From the NCBI RefSeq assembly GCF_009914755.1, contig NC_060926.1: DNA of 64,000 nucleotides, one strand, 5' to 3'. Of the stretch, positions 18,916 through 33,980 are shown piece after piece. This stretch comes from the human T2T-CHM13v2.0 reference genome, Homo sapiens. Both the position numbers and the translations under genes were made by a program. The notes below the pieces were generated by a model that did not search any database, had not been told where the DNA came from, and saw nothing but the letters and a program-made list of their open reading frames with translations. Position 1 is the stretch's first letter. The number at the start of each line of letters is the position of its first letter.

Positions 18916-19429
18916 AACACTATACACAGTGTGTGGTATTGTTACTAGTTTCTCATGGTCTTCACTCAACGTTAGCTTCTCTAATCTAACCTAATCTTCT
19001 GCCATTACCATTCTAACCTATAAGGGCTGCACAGTATCTCAGCATAAGTGCTTTAGGAAGGGGAGATCAGAGACTATTTCAAATTTTTTAACAACTTATT
19101 TGTTCTTGGGATGATATTATATCTCATATCATGTAACTTTTTGAAATGAAGGACTGTTTTTTTCCTTAGGTTTGTAGATAATTAATCTTAGAGTCATACT
19201 ATTAGGCCTCAAAACTGTCATAAAGGCCATCTAGTATAGTTGTTTTTATGCCACAAAACCCCAGGGTTCTTAGAAATACAACTTCATTTTTGTTTTGGAA
19301 CTTAATTCACAAAAAATGGATTCATTGTTCTCCAAAGAATAAAGTGAATAAATCAGTTATGTAGACCAGTTATCATATCCCCCATCTACTTTTACAGAAG
19401 AGAAACATCACTGAACTTCTCTCCCCCTC

Positions 19430-20930
19430 CCTAAAAAGTTACAATACATGTTTTAATCACGTAGATGTACCATTATGTGTGAGTGTCTCACTGTCCTATC
19501 CTCTGTCATACAACCATCAGAAGTAACTATTGTCATAAATTTTGTGTATATCATTCCCTTGGTTTTTCAGTAGTTTTATTCTAAACATTGTATTATTTAC
19601 TTTTGTATGTTTTTGAACTTTATATAAATTTCACCTGACTTGCTCTTTACATTCATCATGTTCCTGAGATTCAAAATGATGTTGCACATCGCCATAGTTT
19701 ACTTTTACTATTCTGATATTCTGTTGGTTGTTAATATCACAATTTACCCGTTTTACAATTGATAGATATTTAGGTTGTTTCCAATTTGTTTTTATGATGA
19801 ACTATGCTGCTGTGAATATTCTTGGACATGTCTTTTGATGTATGTATGTCTGCAGGAGTTTCTCTAGAACAGAGACTGGGAGACTGCCTGGGAGGCCACC
19901 TGTTTTATAAATGAAGTTTTATTAAATGAAGTTTTATTGGAACATAGCCACACCCATTCATATACATATTTCTAGCTGTTTTTGTGTTACAAAGGCACAT
20001 CTGAGTAGTTTGCTCCACAGACTGTGTGGTCTGCAAAGCCTAAAATATTTAACTATTTTCCCCTTTACAGAAAAGTTTGTTGACTCCTACTTTAGGTTAG
20101 GGTAACACAGTGGAATTGCTGGGTCATAGGATGTGTGTGTCTTCAGTTTTACTAGATATTGCCAAGGTTTTTTTTCCCCCTAAAGTCATTGAAACAGGTC
20201 ACTTTCTACCAGTGATGTTGGAGAGCTTGTATCCCTCCATATCTTTGGGAACACTGTATGTTGTCACACTTTACGTTTTTGGCCAGTCTGGTACGCATAA
20301 GATAGTATTTTGGATGGTTTCAATTTTCCTTTCCAAGATTATTAATGAGGTGCTTGAGTCTCATTTTATGTTTGTTGACCATTTATGTTTCCTTTTCTAT
20401 GAGGTGTTTAGAAAGACTGGCAAAACCTTTGACTAACTATAGAATTGTTTGTAGTCTCAACCTCCCTGGTCTCAGGTCATCCTCCCACCTCAGCCTCCTA
20501 AGTAGCTGGGACTACAGGTGTGCCACCATGTCTGGCTAATTTTTGTATTTTTTGTAGAGACAGGGATGCCATGTTGCCCAGGCTGGTCTCGAACTCCTGA
20601 ACTCAAGCAGTCCTCCTCCCTCGGCCTCCTAAAGTGCTGGGATTGTGGGCATGAGCTACCATGCCCAGTCTGGATACTAATTTTTATCATTTATTATGTG
20701 TTACAGCTATCTTTCCCATGTGTATGGATTACTTTCTCTCTTTATTATGTCTTTTGGAGACCAAACATCTGAATTCCATTGTAGTTAAGTATCAGTATTT
20801 TATGGTTTTTTTGGTGTCTTTTTTGGACCTTCCTGTTTGTAGGATATGAAGACATTTGCAGTTATTTTCTAAAGATTTTATGATTTTGCCTTTAATTCTT
20901 TAATCTTCTTGGATTTTATTTTTGTGTGTG
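19430..20930 (-). mobile_element. Ancient L1ME-type fragments with MER58A (~19870-20090) and a partial AluJ (~20458-20669)
   Basis: tttaggttgtttccaattt; gaattgctgggtcatag; aagttttattggaacatagccac. Confidence 0.6.
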
Positions 20931-20954
20931 GTGGAGATATGGGCTTTAATATAT

Positions 20955-21698
20955 GGTTCACCCTTGAATAACATGGGGGTTTGGGGTGCCAACTCCCTCC
21001 CTCTCCCGCTCAGTCAAAAATCCACGTATACTTTTGCTTCCCCAAAAACCTGACTACTGATAGCCTACTATTGACCAGAAGCTTTACTGGTAACAAGTTG
21101 ATTCACATATTTTTGTGTATTACATATATTATATGCTGTACTCTTATAATAAAGTAAGCTAGAGTAAAGAAAATGTTATTAAGAAAGTCATAAGGAAAAT
21201 TCATTTACTATTCATTAAATCAAAATGGATCGTCATAAGACCTTCCTCTTCGTCATCTCAACTACTCAACATGAGTTGAGTAGGTTGAGGAGGAAGAGGA
21301 GAGGTTGGCTTGCATTTTCCTGTTAAGTACTTAAGTATGAATAAGTTTTAAAAAGTGATTACTTATTGGTAGCATATAAGTTCAGAGTCAGGAATGATGG
21401 TTATGCCAAAAAACAACCAGTTGTCCATGTGGGTGTCTGAGATAGTGACACCTTTGTTTTCTGATAGTTCAGTATACACTTTATTTCATGCACAAAATTA
21501 TTTTTTAAATACTGTATAAAATTACCTTCGGGACATGTATGTAAGATGTAAGTGGAACATAAATGAATTTTGTAGTTAGACTTGGATCCCCTCCACAAGA
21601 TATCTCATTATGTATATGCAGATATTCCAAAATCTGAAAAATTTGAGACCTGAAACACTTCTGGTACCAAGCAATTCAGATAAGGGATACTCAACCTG
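20955..21698. mobile_element. Tigger2-type fragment followed by a Tigger4/Zombi fragment
   Basis: cacccttgaataacatgggg...; ...ctggtaccaagcaattcagataagggatactcaacctg|ta. Confidence 0.7.
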
Positions 21699-21897
21699 TA
21701 ATATGTTTTTAAAATAGAAGAGGTCCTCATTTTAGAGACTTCTCATATAAACAGTTCAAAAAGCTTAGTTATTCAATGTCCCATAATATAGGAAATTAGA
21801 TTGGAAAGGGAGCATTGCTATGGATAGGCATAGCTAATCCCAACTGCAAAGAGGTAAGGGGAAAAGTAGAAAGAAAGATTAGAAAACCAAAAATGTG

Positions 21898-22495
21898 GTC
21901 TGGTGCAGTGGCTCATGCCTGTAATTCCAGCACTTTGGGAGGCTGAGAGGGGAGGATTGCTTGAGGATGGGAATTCAAGACCAGCTTGGGCAATATTGTG
22001 AGACCCATCTCTACAAAAAAGAAAATTAAAAATGTAATTTTGTTTTTATTTTTTTATTTTTTATTTTTTGGCAATAGGGTCTTACTCTTTTGCCCAGGCT
22101 GGAGTGCAAGGATGCAGTTATAGCTCACTGCAGCCTTGAACTGGGCTCAGACAATTCTACTGCCTCAGCCCCTGAATTACAAGCATGTGCCACCACACCT
22201 GGCTAACTTTTAAAAAATTGTTATTTATTTGTTTTAAAGACAGGGTCTTGCTCTGTCACGCAGACTTGAGTGCAGTGGCACAGTCATGCCTTACTGCAGC
22301 CGTGACCTCTTAGGCTCAAGTGATCCTCCTGCCTCAGGACTGGGACTATAGGTGTGTGCTGCCACCCCCTGGCTAATTTTTTTTGTAGAGACAGGGTCAC
22401 CCTAGGTTGCCCAGGCTGGTCTTGAACTCCTCGGCTCACGCAATCATCCTGCCTCAACGTCTCAAAAGTGCTGAATTATAGGCCTGAGCCATGGT
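21898..22495. mobile_element. Sense FLAM tail-to-tail with antisense AluJ pieces
   Basis: Sense monomer 21898-22020; antisense arms 22050-22495. Confidence 0.78.
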
Positions 22496-24293
22496 TCTCA
22501 ATTATTTAATTAGAAGTATAATAGCCTCTAGGGCATCATTTCACCACAGTGCTTGCAGCGTAGTAATTAATATTGTAAATGAAGACTGAGTCACCAAGAA
22601 GTGGTTACATTATGATGGTGTGCCCCCACTAAGAAAACAAGACAGTAAGTATTCTGTTTTAGAAAGATATAAAATCGGTAAAATCCAAAGGTACTAGAAT
22701 GTGTAGGCATGTCTTATTCTGATATGATACTGGATTGCCAACTTTTGGATATTTATAATGAAACACAATATACTTACCTTTGCAAAGGTGACACATTTCT
22801 CAACAGTTCAGAAAAAAATTAACTGTGATTCAGTGTAATAAAAGCATAATGAATAGCTATCATTGTATTCTTTAAACTGTAATATTTCAAACTTTATAAA
22901 GTTTACGAAGTCACATGTAGATTTCCTTGTATTTCTAAAAAGAGACTGACTCATGCCGGTAAATAGATCAGACTGATAGTGAGAGGTTTCTGGATCTCCG
23001 TTTTCTCTTCATTCTTTACTTTTTTTCTTAATGAGTTCAAAAATGCTTGAGAATTCATTTGTATTTCATATTTTAACCTTCAAAGCTGGAAACTATTTTG
23101 AGAAGGGGCAACAATTTTTAAAAACCAGGGGGCAATTAGAAAAAATGTTTAAAGGGAGGGGATTACCATTTTTAGCTTATACTCCTACTCTATAATAAAG
23201 GCGGCGGGGGGTGGGGTGTAAGGAAAATGATCTAATCTACTTGATCAAGAAAAGGGAATGTTAATAGCCCTCAGAAAATATATTCATTTACTGAACAGTT
23301 ATATCCCTTAGTTTATTGTGAATGAGAATGGGGGCATCTTAGAGATTGGGAGGGAAAAAAAATAAGAGCAAAGTTTTCAAAATGGAAAGAACAAGAGCAA
23401 TGCATAATATAGTCATCAGAGGAAGGAACTCTGACTCGTTTGCTGTGTGGCCATGGGTAACTCACCTGATGTCTCAGAGTCTTAGTTTACTTATTTATAA
23501 AATGATGAGAGGGGTTGTTGGACTTCAAGATAGTGTCTGTTCTTGTTTTAGTAATCTATGATAGAAATTTAAGTTATTTGCATTCTCCTTTGCTATGTTC
23601 CTTATAACACTGGAACACTGTAACTGGAGGAAACTTGTTTTAAGAAGTTAAGCTTCAGAAGCAATGCATTTTACCTTAAAGGGCATAAATTAATACACAT
23701 TTTTATTGTGAAATTCGAATAATACAGGAATACATACACTAAAAAGCAAAAATTTATTTTTATTTCCTCTTTTCTAATCTTACCTTCCTAGCCAGAGGTA
23801 ACCCAGTTACCAGTTTGATGTGTGTACTTCACAACTTCTTTCTGTGTACATTATATATACATATGTGTGTGTGTATATGTGTGTTTTTTGTGTTAATTTT
23901 TTAAAAGTGTGTTTTGGTGTGTGTCTATAAATTATTCAGTACATATTGTTTTGCAGTTTGCTTATCCACTTAAGTCATCTTGTAGATTTTTCAAATTTTT
24001 AGCTTATGCTCCTACTCTGTTATTTTAAATTATTCCATGATATTCTATGGTATGGACATATTACAGCTTATTTAACCTCATCCTTAGACTTCAGGTCATT
24101 TCTAATTTTGTGGCAATAATAAACAGTGCAATAAAGAACATCACTATAGGATAGCAACTTACTGAAAGCATCCTGTATTGCCATGCCATGCATTATTTCA
24201 TCTAATCATCCCAAGCCTGATGTAAGTACCAGTTCACATGAGTAAATTACACGTGAAGAAAGCAGTCACAGAGTTGGTAAATAGCAAACAGAT

Positions 24294-24600
24294 GGCCGGG
24301 CGTGGTGGCTCACACCTGTAATCCCAGCACTTTGGGAGGCCAAGGCAGGCAGATAGATCCCTTGAGGTCAGGAGTTTGAGACCAGCCTGACCAACATGGC
24401 AAAACTCCATATCTACAAAAAAATAAAAGTTAGCTGGGTGTGGTGGCATGCGCCTCTGTAATCTCCCAGCTACTCCGAGCCTCAGCTAATAGAATCTGAG
24501 GCAGGAGAATCTCTTGAACCCATGAGGCGGAGGTTGCAGTGAGATTGCACCACTGCACTCCAGCCTGGTCGACAGAGTGAGTCTCAAAGAAAAAAAAAAA
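24294..24600 (+). mobile_element. AluS
   Basis: Full dimer; target duplication agcaaacagat. Confidence 0.9.
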
Positions 24601-26077
24601 GCAAACAGATAGATGTATTTAGTCAGTGTAATACCAGAGTTAATGCACTATTCTACCACAGCTTTTATTGAATTCTCAAAGAAATTCATGCCCCTGAAAG
24701 GGTTAAGAGCCAGGATTTTAGACAGGAAGGAATTAGAGCTGTGAGGAACTCTGGTGATAACTACTGTGCTCTGTTACATTGCCATTGCTTGTTGCCTTGG
24801 CTATAGTGACCCTGTAATTGATCATCCAAGTCAGGGAACTTGAGAGTGAAAGAGGGGGCATTATGATAATATTTATACTGAGATAGGAGACATACTTGTT
24901 CTGGAGAAACTGAGATACTTGAACATCTTAACCCTAACATAGGCCATCATCACCTTTCACATGGGTTACTGCAACAGCCTCCTGTCTGTTCTTGTGTTTA
25001 CTCTTATCCTGTTCCAATCTATTTTCACACAGCGACCAAAATGATCTTCCTGAAACAAAAAACGGATTAAATCACTCAGTAGTTTAAGCCCCTTGCGTGG
25101 CTTTGTGAAAGGATGTATTTGTTTGGTCCTCATGTGATTATTGTTAGAATGCAGCATAGAATAAAATAAAAGGCACATAAGGTGAGAGTCAAAAGACTTG
25201 TCTTTGAGTCTGAGATACCTAGATTAGTTTGGTGACCTTGAGCAAGTTATTTAGTTTGAGCTATTTCCTCCAGTGTAAAATATAGATTGTGTGTGTATGT
25301 GTGTGTGTCGGGGGGGGGGAAGCTGAGGTAATAAATATGAAAGGCACAATATAAATGCAGGCAATTGTTAACTTTGTATATGTTATGCCCTTTGAAAAAT
25401 TGTTCTTGTGTCTCACAGTGTCTATCAGGGTTTGGTAGGAATTTTACAAGCTGAACCACCTTTCTTGTCACTATCCAAGTTTCACACAACTTAAACACCT
25501 TAGTCATTTTTTAAAAAATCAAAGTTTGTAAAAGTTTGCTGAAGGTAAGTTACCAAGCTGGTACTAAAACCTAGCACCCTAACCTTGGCATTATAGCCTG
25601 ATGATCTAGTAGTTCAGCTGCCTTCCCAGAATAATTAAGCAGGTTATATGTTTACAAAAATCATATAAGCATTTTATCTGTGGTCATAATATAAAGATAT
25701 AGCTCATCTTTCATGAATTGAGAACATTTTAGAAAAATATATCCATATAGTTTACTGACTTAATCGCGGCCTTTGGTTTACAAATAATGGCTTGCAAAAA
25801 GTGAATTTATTACGTTACATAATTAGCTGGGAGGAATATTGGAGCAGCTCTCAGAATTGAAGGGCCAAGGCTTCAGAGAGTATAACTGGAACACAAGGTA
25901 GTTAGAACCACCTTTATTTTTGACAGTCCTAGGGTGACATCCTGGTAGCTAGAGAACCAAGGTGGATGGGCTATAACTCTACCTCTGGGAAATTCAAGAG
26001 GGCTTCATTTGGCCTATCCTGTATCTCATGACTACTACTCCTGTGGTAGTATTAGACTGAGCCATATTAACTAACTC

Positions 26078-26220
26078 ACTTCCTTCCTCCCTCCCTCTCT
26101 CCTTTCCTCCCTCCCTTCCTTCCCTTTTTTCTCTTTTCTTTTCTTTCCTTTTCTTTTCTCTTCTCTTCTCGTCTCGTCTCGTCTCTTCTTTTTTTCTCTT
26201 TTCTTTTTTCTTTTCTTTCT
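26078..26220. repeat. Polypyrimidine simple repeat (cctt/ctttt/cgtct)n at the tail of an antisense AluJ (26220-26512)
   Basis: ~140 bp nearly pure C/T tract. Confidence 0.85.
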
Positions 26221-27495
26221 GATAGGGTCTTCCTCTGTCACCCAGGTTTAAGTGCAGTGGTGTAATTAAAACTCACTGAATCCTTGAATTAAACCCATCT
26301 TTGACTGGGTTTAAGTGAGCCTCCCATTTCACTTTTCTGAGTAGCTGGGACTACAAACACGTGCCACCATGCCCAGCTAATTTTTTCCATTTTTGTAGAC
26401 ATGGGTTCTCACTACGTTGCCCAGGCTGGTCTCGAACTCCTGGGATCAAGCGATCCGCCCACCTTGGCCTCCCTAAGTGCTAGGATTACAGTCGTGACCT
26501 GCCTTGTCCAGCTGAAATTTCTAGTAGTAATATTTATACAACTGAAAAGGTCATTTTATATGGTTCAGTCTCATAGTATGGGGCGCAGAGGGTAAAGTGA
26601 AGCATCATAGATTGACAGCTCTACTAGGACCAAGAAATATGGTGGAGTTTCACAAAAGACAAGAGTGGCTATTCTTCCTGTGAGAAGAAGGAGAATAGGA
26701 AAGAATTTTGGGTAGAAAGAATAGTGACCATAGTCTAACATACTTACAAAGAATATAGATCAGCTAGAATTCAGCTAGACCACCGTGGAAGTGAAAAATA
26801 CTTAAAATATAAAAATTTCTAAGGCGAGAGACTGAATTGTTCTTATCATTCCTTAAGCATCTCAGAGTTGGACACATGTGCCTTTAAGTAACAAATGTGC
26901 TCAAAGTTTTCAAATTGTAACTTTTGTACTTTGTACATATCCTAGGCACACCCTCCTTAAAACAATCCTATTTAAAGGTGAAGAAATTAATGCTCAAAGA
27001 ACTTGCCTAAGATTATGTAACTAGTTAATATGGAACCAGAATTTGAAGTCTAGATTAAAGATGAAACCCAACTTTTCCTTCAATATCTATGTCTCAAAGA
27101 TAAGACTGTCAGTGAAATACCAGTAAAGACAGAAGAGAGTACATGTGTATGCATGGGAGGTCTGGTGGTGTATATCATCTTAAATATGAAATATGAATAT
27201 TGTTTACTGTTCCATAATGTAATGGTGATAGCTTTGGTTTTTTAAATGTTGTGGTGGTGGTTTTAAACTTTGAATTAAATTAAGTTCCATAGCATATTAT
27301 CTCAGTGTGAGAAAAAAACAGTACATTCTGCCTTATTGTCTGAATGACTGAAACAGTCATTTAAATGATCTCAGTGTGGTCCAAACAGCTCTTACATTAG
27401 AATCTAAAACTTGCCCTCAGTGTAAGCCAACGGTGTTTTTAACAGTTATTTCCCTGAATTTTCCTGCTTATACTGAATGAACCAATAGCAATTAA

Positions 27496-27831
<336 letters not shown>

Positions 27832-28468
27832 AGCAATTGATGTTTCTATATGTTTGGATTCTTATTGACCCAACAAATACAGTAGTATAGTCTAAAGTTA
27901 CATAACTTTGCAAGTCCTTTGTAATTGCTGTGGTATAGCTAAGCCTTATTTGAATAGTCTTTCTCTTGTTGCTGTTACATACCTAAGGCAAATATTAAGT
28001 ATTTACTTCATAAAAACCTTTTTTTAAGAGAGGTTGTGGTGTTAGGTGGAGAGAAGGAGCAGCAAAAGGTCTTTTGTTAATTACATAGCAATACCGAGTT
28101 CTGTGGGGTGTGGGAGAGTATGATAGTAAAAAGTAAAGTAGTAAAGATGCTTCCTCATCATTGTTGGTTAAGGTGATAGACTCCCTATCTGATACATAAA
28201 ACCAAACAAGTGATTTATATGCCTTTTCTGTTTTCATAGAGAACTGTGATAATAATGTAATTAAGAAAGGTTAAATAGTTTGCTGTCTTGGAAGTTTCCT
28301 GATGTCTACAAGATGATGTATTTAGGGAGCCTTTTCGTGAGAAAACCAATTAAGATGATGTTGTAAAAATAGGGGAAATTTGACCGTGGGGACAATTGTC
28401 ACCATTTTAATGATTTGTGAAGTTTATTAACTTATTTTAAATTAAGATAGCTATAAAAGTCTTTATAG

Positions 28469-28840
<372 letters not shown>

Positions 28841-28949
28841 AGAATTTTTCTCATCTTTTGTAAGTCTTATGTGGGATGGTTTTTCTAATCAGAAATTACT
28901 TCTCAAGCAGTTTACTTAAAAATATTCCATATTTTATTTTATTTTATAG

Positions 28950-29132
28950 ATGATAGTATTTCTGCTGCAAGTACTTCTGATGTTCAAGATCGCCTGTCAG
29001 CTCTTGAGTCACGAGTTCAGCAACAAGAAGATGAAATCACTGTGCTAAAGGCGGCTTTGGCTGATGTTTTGAGGCGTCTTGCAATCTCTGAAGATCATGT
29101 GGCCTCAGTGAAAAAATCAGTCTCAAGTAAAG
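28950..29132 (+). CDS. EML4: EML4 exon 2 (183 nt, phase 1-1), coiled-coil trimerisation domain
   Basis: ttttatag|ATGATAGT...AGTAAAG|gtaatt; translates (D)DSISAASTSDVQDRLSALESRVQQQEDEITVLKAALADVLRRLAISEDHVASVKKSVSSK(G), recognised as the EML4 N-terminus. Confidence 0.98.
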
Positions 29133-31444
29133 GTAATTGTGTTGTAAAGTTAAAAAGAGTCTTGCTTTTTGCAATATTTTCTTTGAAAGTTGAAGCTGGA
29201 AATATAAAACTAGTTTCTTATGTGGATTACTTGTGATTATAGTTTGTTTTCCATTTCGTTTTTTTAATTCCCAAAAAGTTCTGAAAGTTTATTCTTTATT
29301 ATTTAAAATAAAGAATTTTTGTGTAATCCACTGATTATACTCACAGGTTTTTTATGTTACAGTATTTGTGTGAAGTTAGTATCTTCCAACTAGATGATAA
29401 GTTTACTCAGGGCAGGAACTGAATCATCGTTTTGTGTCTCTCATTTCATATTGAACATAGGTGGTAGGCACTCATGTGTTCTTAAAATTCTGTTGTCAAT
29501 ACAGAAACATAATTAAAATCATCATAGTTTAAATAGCTTTATTCTGAACCCTCTGTGGTTGTTAGCAGAATCCTGAAAAAATTAATTTAAGCTCTGAAGC
29601 TTACGAGCCCAGTATAATGGGACTTCTAACTTTCCAGTATTGGGAGTTTTCAAGGTTGAGACAAACAGTCGTCAAGACCCTGTTGCTCTGAGTTTGGAGC
29701 AGATGTAGTGTACCTTTTCCCTTACTTCAACCACCAAGAAAGAATTTATTATTCTTTCACATGAATCAAGATTTGAACATATCATTTGATGTCTCTTACT
29801 GATTTATTGGTAGAGTATATGGGGATAGGCGTGATTATGCCCATTTTGGCAGTGGGAAAAGTGAGGACATTTATTGGCTTGCCTTCCTACTTCGATGTCA
29901 ATGTAAATTATTAACCTAGGGAGGAGTTTTATATAACTCCCAAATTCTAGCTGAGTAGGAGATAGTGCAGTCAGCCAACCAGCAAATGAGAAGCAGATTT
30001 AGAAGAAAGATTGTGAATTCAGTTTCTGAATGTTGTTTAGGGTGTATATGGTATGTAGAGATACATATTGGTAGCTGAATTACATATGGATCTAGTGCTC
30101 ATGTTAGTTTTGGCTAGCAGTAAGAATTTGGGAATGTTCCTCTTATGGATGATAGTTGAAGCCATAGAGGATGTAAAATGAGAAGGCAGTCCAGCATAGT
30201 TCCACTGGGAGCTCCAACATTTCAGCATAGCACAAAAAGTGATGCACATTGCCAGCTGCTTACAGAGATGTCAAATAAAACAAAGACTGAGAGATGACCA
30301 TTGGATTCGGCATTTACAGCAATATTAGAAACCTCTCCAAAAGCAATTTTAGTGGAGTAATAGAACTGCAAATCAAATACCAGTATTTTGAGAAGCAGCA
30401 ATTAAGAATAATTGTAGAATTGAGAGCAACAAATATAGCCACTCTCAAAAAATTCACCTGAGTGGAAGACGGTGGTAATAGCTAGGAGAGGATGCTATGT
30501 TGAAGGCCAGTTTTAATTACTTTTTAAAATTTGTTAAAAATATGTGATAGACTTGAACACAAAGATAGGTTGAGGACAAAAAGGCAGCAGAGAGGAAGAC
30601 CAATATGGGGAAATGGGGTGGTAATTGATGAGGCAAGTGTCCTGAGAATTTGAGAAGGGATCTTTGAGAACCACAACTTCTAGCCCTGATAACTGTGAAT
30701 ATATATCGAGATAATGATAACCTTTAGGTGCAAAGATAGGTCGTCAGTGGTAGAAAAAAAGAGAATGCATGTTTGAAATGGTTAAAGCGGAGAATGGAAG
30801 ACCGTAGACATTTGAAAGAGATGCTGAGAGACCCTGAGGCTATGGAGGCGGGATACTTATTGTGGAGGAAAGGTGAGTATCATTCTGCCCGGTTTTGTGA
30901 TTCCCACTCTTTTCCCTCTCGGCCTCATGTACTCTGGGTCTGTGTATTTACAGTGGAGAGTTAGATGGAAGAAAGGATTGATCTTTTTCATTAGTGATAG
31001 TGAGATAAATATGTCAATGACAAAGGACAAGGGGCCTGAGGGTTTGGCAAAAGACTTGATAAAAACCACTTTGACTAATAAAGTGTTATATTATGCTTGC
31101 TTGCTTGATTTATTTATTTATTTATTTATTTATTTAGAGAGTCAACTTTGAGGACCGCCAAGATCAAGCCAGAAAACAATTTTGTTTGGTTATGAATTGA
31201 TTTTTATAGGAGGATTTTGGATTTTTAGAGTAGGATAAGGAGCTAGATCTGTTAATGTATATGGGCTTTATAGGGAATATAAGCTTTGTATAGAGAGGGA
31301 AGAACAAATTTCCTATATATAATATACAGACTCAGAACCCGAGGGTACATATAAGTATTTTAAAACCTATAATAGAAAATGATAACGATGTTTGATTGCT
31401 ATTCACATTTTTAAAAGCTTATTTTAAATAGTTTATATTAGTTT

Positions 31445-31680
31445 TTTTAAACTTTTTTAGGAGACACGGTCTTACTCTGTCACCCAGGCTCACTGTAACC
31501 TCAAACTGCTGGGCACAAGTGGTCCTCATTCCTCAGCCTCTGGAGTAGCTAGGACTACAGGTGTACACCACCATGCCCTGCTAAAACCTTTTCTTTTTTT
31601 TGTACAGACGGAATCTCTCTATGTTGCCCAAGCTGGTCTCAAACTCCTGGGCTCAAGTGATCTACCTTGGTCTCCAAAGT
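31445..31680 (-). mobile_element. AluJ (internally deleted)
   Basis: ctcaaactcctgggctcaagtgat. Confidence 0.78.
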
Positions 31681-33980
31681 CTTTTTAATATGCTGAAAAA
31701 ACAGTGCATTGTAATTTTATGTAAATTGAGAAAAATTTTAAAGATATTTTCTCTCATATTGTATCTACTAAGGTATTTCAGTAAAGAAAATTCTGAAATA
31801 TTTTAAAGAAATTTAAAAATTGCTTTTTTCCCAGCATATACACAGTATTTTATATGACACATGAGTTATTTAGCACCTACTTCTCAATGTCATGAAATAT
31901 AAATACAGTTAACTAGCTATAATTACTATTCCCCAGGAACTTATTTTCTGTAAGTTGTCCTTTCTGGTCCTTTTCTAATTATCCTTAGTCATAATTCCTA
32001 TGTCTCTAAAGTGAGTCTAGGATCAGTTTGGTTAATGGCTCTTTTTCTGGAGCCACAGAACCATCTCTGTGGAACTTTTTCTTTTCACATAACACTAACT
32101 TAATTCTTTTTAATAACCTTACTAATTAGAGATTTTTTTTCCAATTGATTTTTAAATTATACTTCATAATTAACTTTGCTATTTTATAATATGCTAAGAT
32201 GGTTCATTCTTTGAGTTACTCTGTTACCTGGAACACAGGCAGTTTATGAAATGGTTTGATGGGGGTATTGATTATATAATAATTTGAGAAAATAATTATT
32301 TCATAGATGAGCATAATTCATGTTAATTACTGTATTTTCCTTTAGTGGAAAAATATGTCCAACTAATTATGTTTCCAATAGTGATATTAAGACATTGAGA
32401 GAAATACATATGTAAAGTTTCATAATGTTATTGGCAACTCTGAACAGCTTTATCTTGGAGTTTATTTATAGCATATCGTTGAAAGCAATTGGAATTTAAG
32501 TGACTCTTCACTATTGACATTTGTGTACAGCCTAAAATAGATCATCTCAGTTTTGATATTAAACAGGATTGATAAATTAGTGGTAAGAAAATTTGGAATA
32601 AACATTTTAAGCAAAGTATTTTCAAATAAATGAAGTTTTTCATAACATTAAAAATGAAATTATCTTGTAGGGATTTGTATTTTTTCTTTAATTAAAAAGT
32701 AAAGTCATTTTTTATACTATAGACAGTTTTATGTGTGATTTTTTTTTTTAGCCCCTGTGAAATTAGAATTTATAGTATCGAGTATCACATAATTTATTGA
32801 CAGGAAAATGATCATTATCATCTTAAGGTGTTTACATTTTCTAGAGGATTTTTCTTTAGAGGTCAAATTAAATTCCTGTGGATAAATAGGGTAGAATCCT
32901 TTTATGAAGCTGTGGTTCAAAGGACAAGTCAACTTCCCTATTACTGAAGAGAGCTATTTTATGGTTTTGCTAGATGGTGGTGATATGGGAAGGACATAAG
33001 TTGTCATCAGATATGACCAAAAGTAAATGCTAATGATGTGTGTGCTAAGGGCTTAATGAAATTCTGCTACGTTGCTTCATAGTAGTATTGCCATTCAGTA
33101 AATACCAAAATCAGAAACACACCTAACCTTTAAATATATTTCGTTGTCTTAGTTTATCTTCTGCAGTGTGCCAGCAGTATTTAAAGCTAAGCCCCATTTT
33201 TTTCTTGAGTAAATTATGCAGGACACTTGACTGAGGTAGAAAATTTTCCCATGAGTTTTTAAGGTGGCCAGTCACTTAAATTTTTCATATACCTTCTCCT
33301 CTGTCAGAGAATTCTTTCCTTTTGACGGCATGTGTTCATAATACATGCACCAGTTGCAGCTGAATCCCTGCCAAAAGAAAAAAATATTACCTGTACTTCG
33401 GAGCAAAAGGGAAGGCCCAGAGAACACTGGAAGTTTTAGCTGCCAAGAAGATGAATTATGTCACAGCTGGTGCCTGGGAAACTCATTAGGACCTCTTGAG
33501 GTGACCAAATGAATGTAATTTGAGAACACAGCCCAGTGGCATTATGTGAAGACAAACTGTTAGTACACAATGATACGGAAGTTAAAAAGTTAAATTTATC
33601 TGAAGTTGGCAGTCAGTCATGTAAACCAGGAAACTGCTGGTTAAGCCAAAGTGTGAAGCATTGTAATTGCCACTTGAGAAACGAAAGAACCCAAAGGCAA
33701 AATTGAAATATAGGGGTCAGTTCTCCAAAAGAAACATTGCTAATTATGTAAAATCTGGGATACTCTAAAGGCACAGATTTGTATCATTCAGCTCCTGGTC
33801 CAAATAACATTTGGGAGGATTCAGGGATTATCATAGGTTTGCTGTAAATGTTATCGATAAGCACATTACCTCCATCAGCTTAGGAAGGTATGAATTGCCT
33901 TGGTGGGACCCTTACGCTAAAATGACTAGTAATTGTGGAAGGGGATGATGGAGTGTCTCATTATTTTGTGTGTAGAAGTA

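Noticed and set aside
24479-24502. gcctcag...ctgaggc inverted insert in an Alu
   Set aside because: Only a 7-bp stem, too short to support a mechanism.
29042-29236. ORF-track proteins overlapping exons (also 39979-40161 and 44526-44741)
   Set aside because: Exon fragments read through into introns; replaced by splice-defined exon boundaries.
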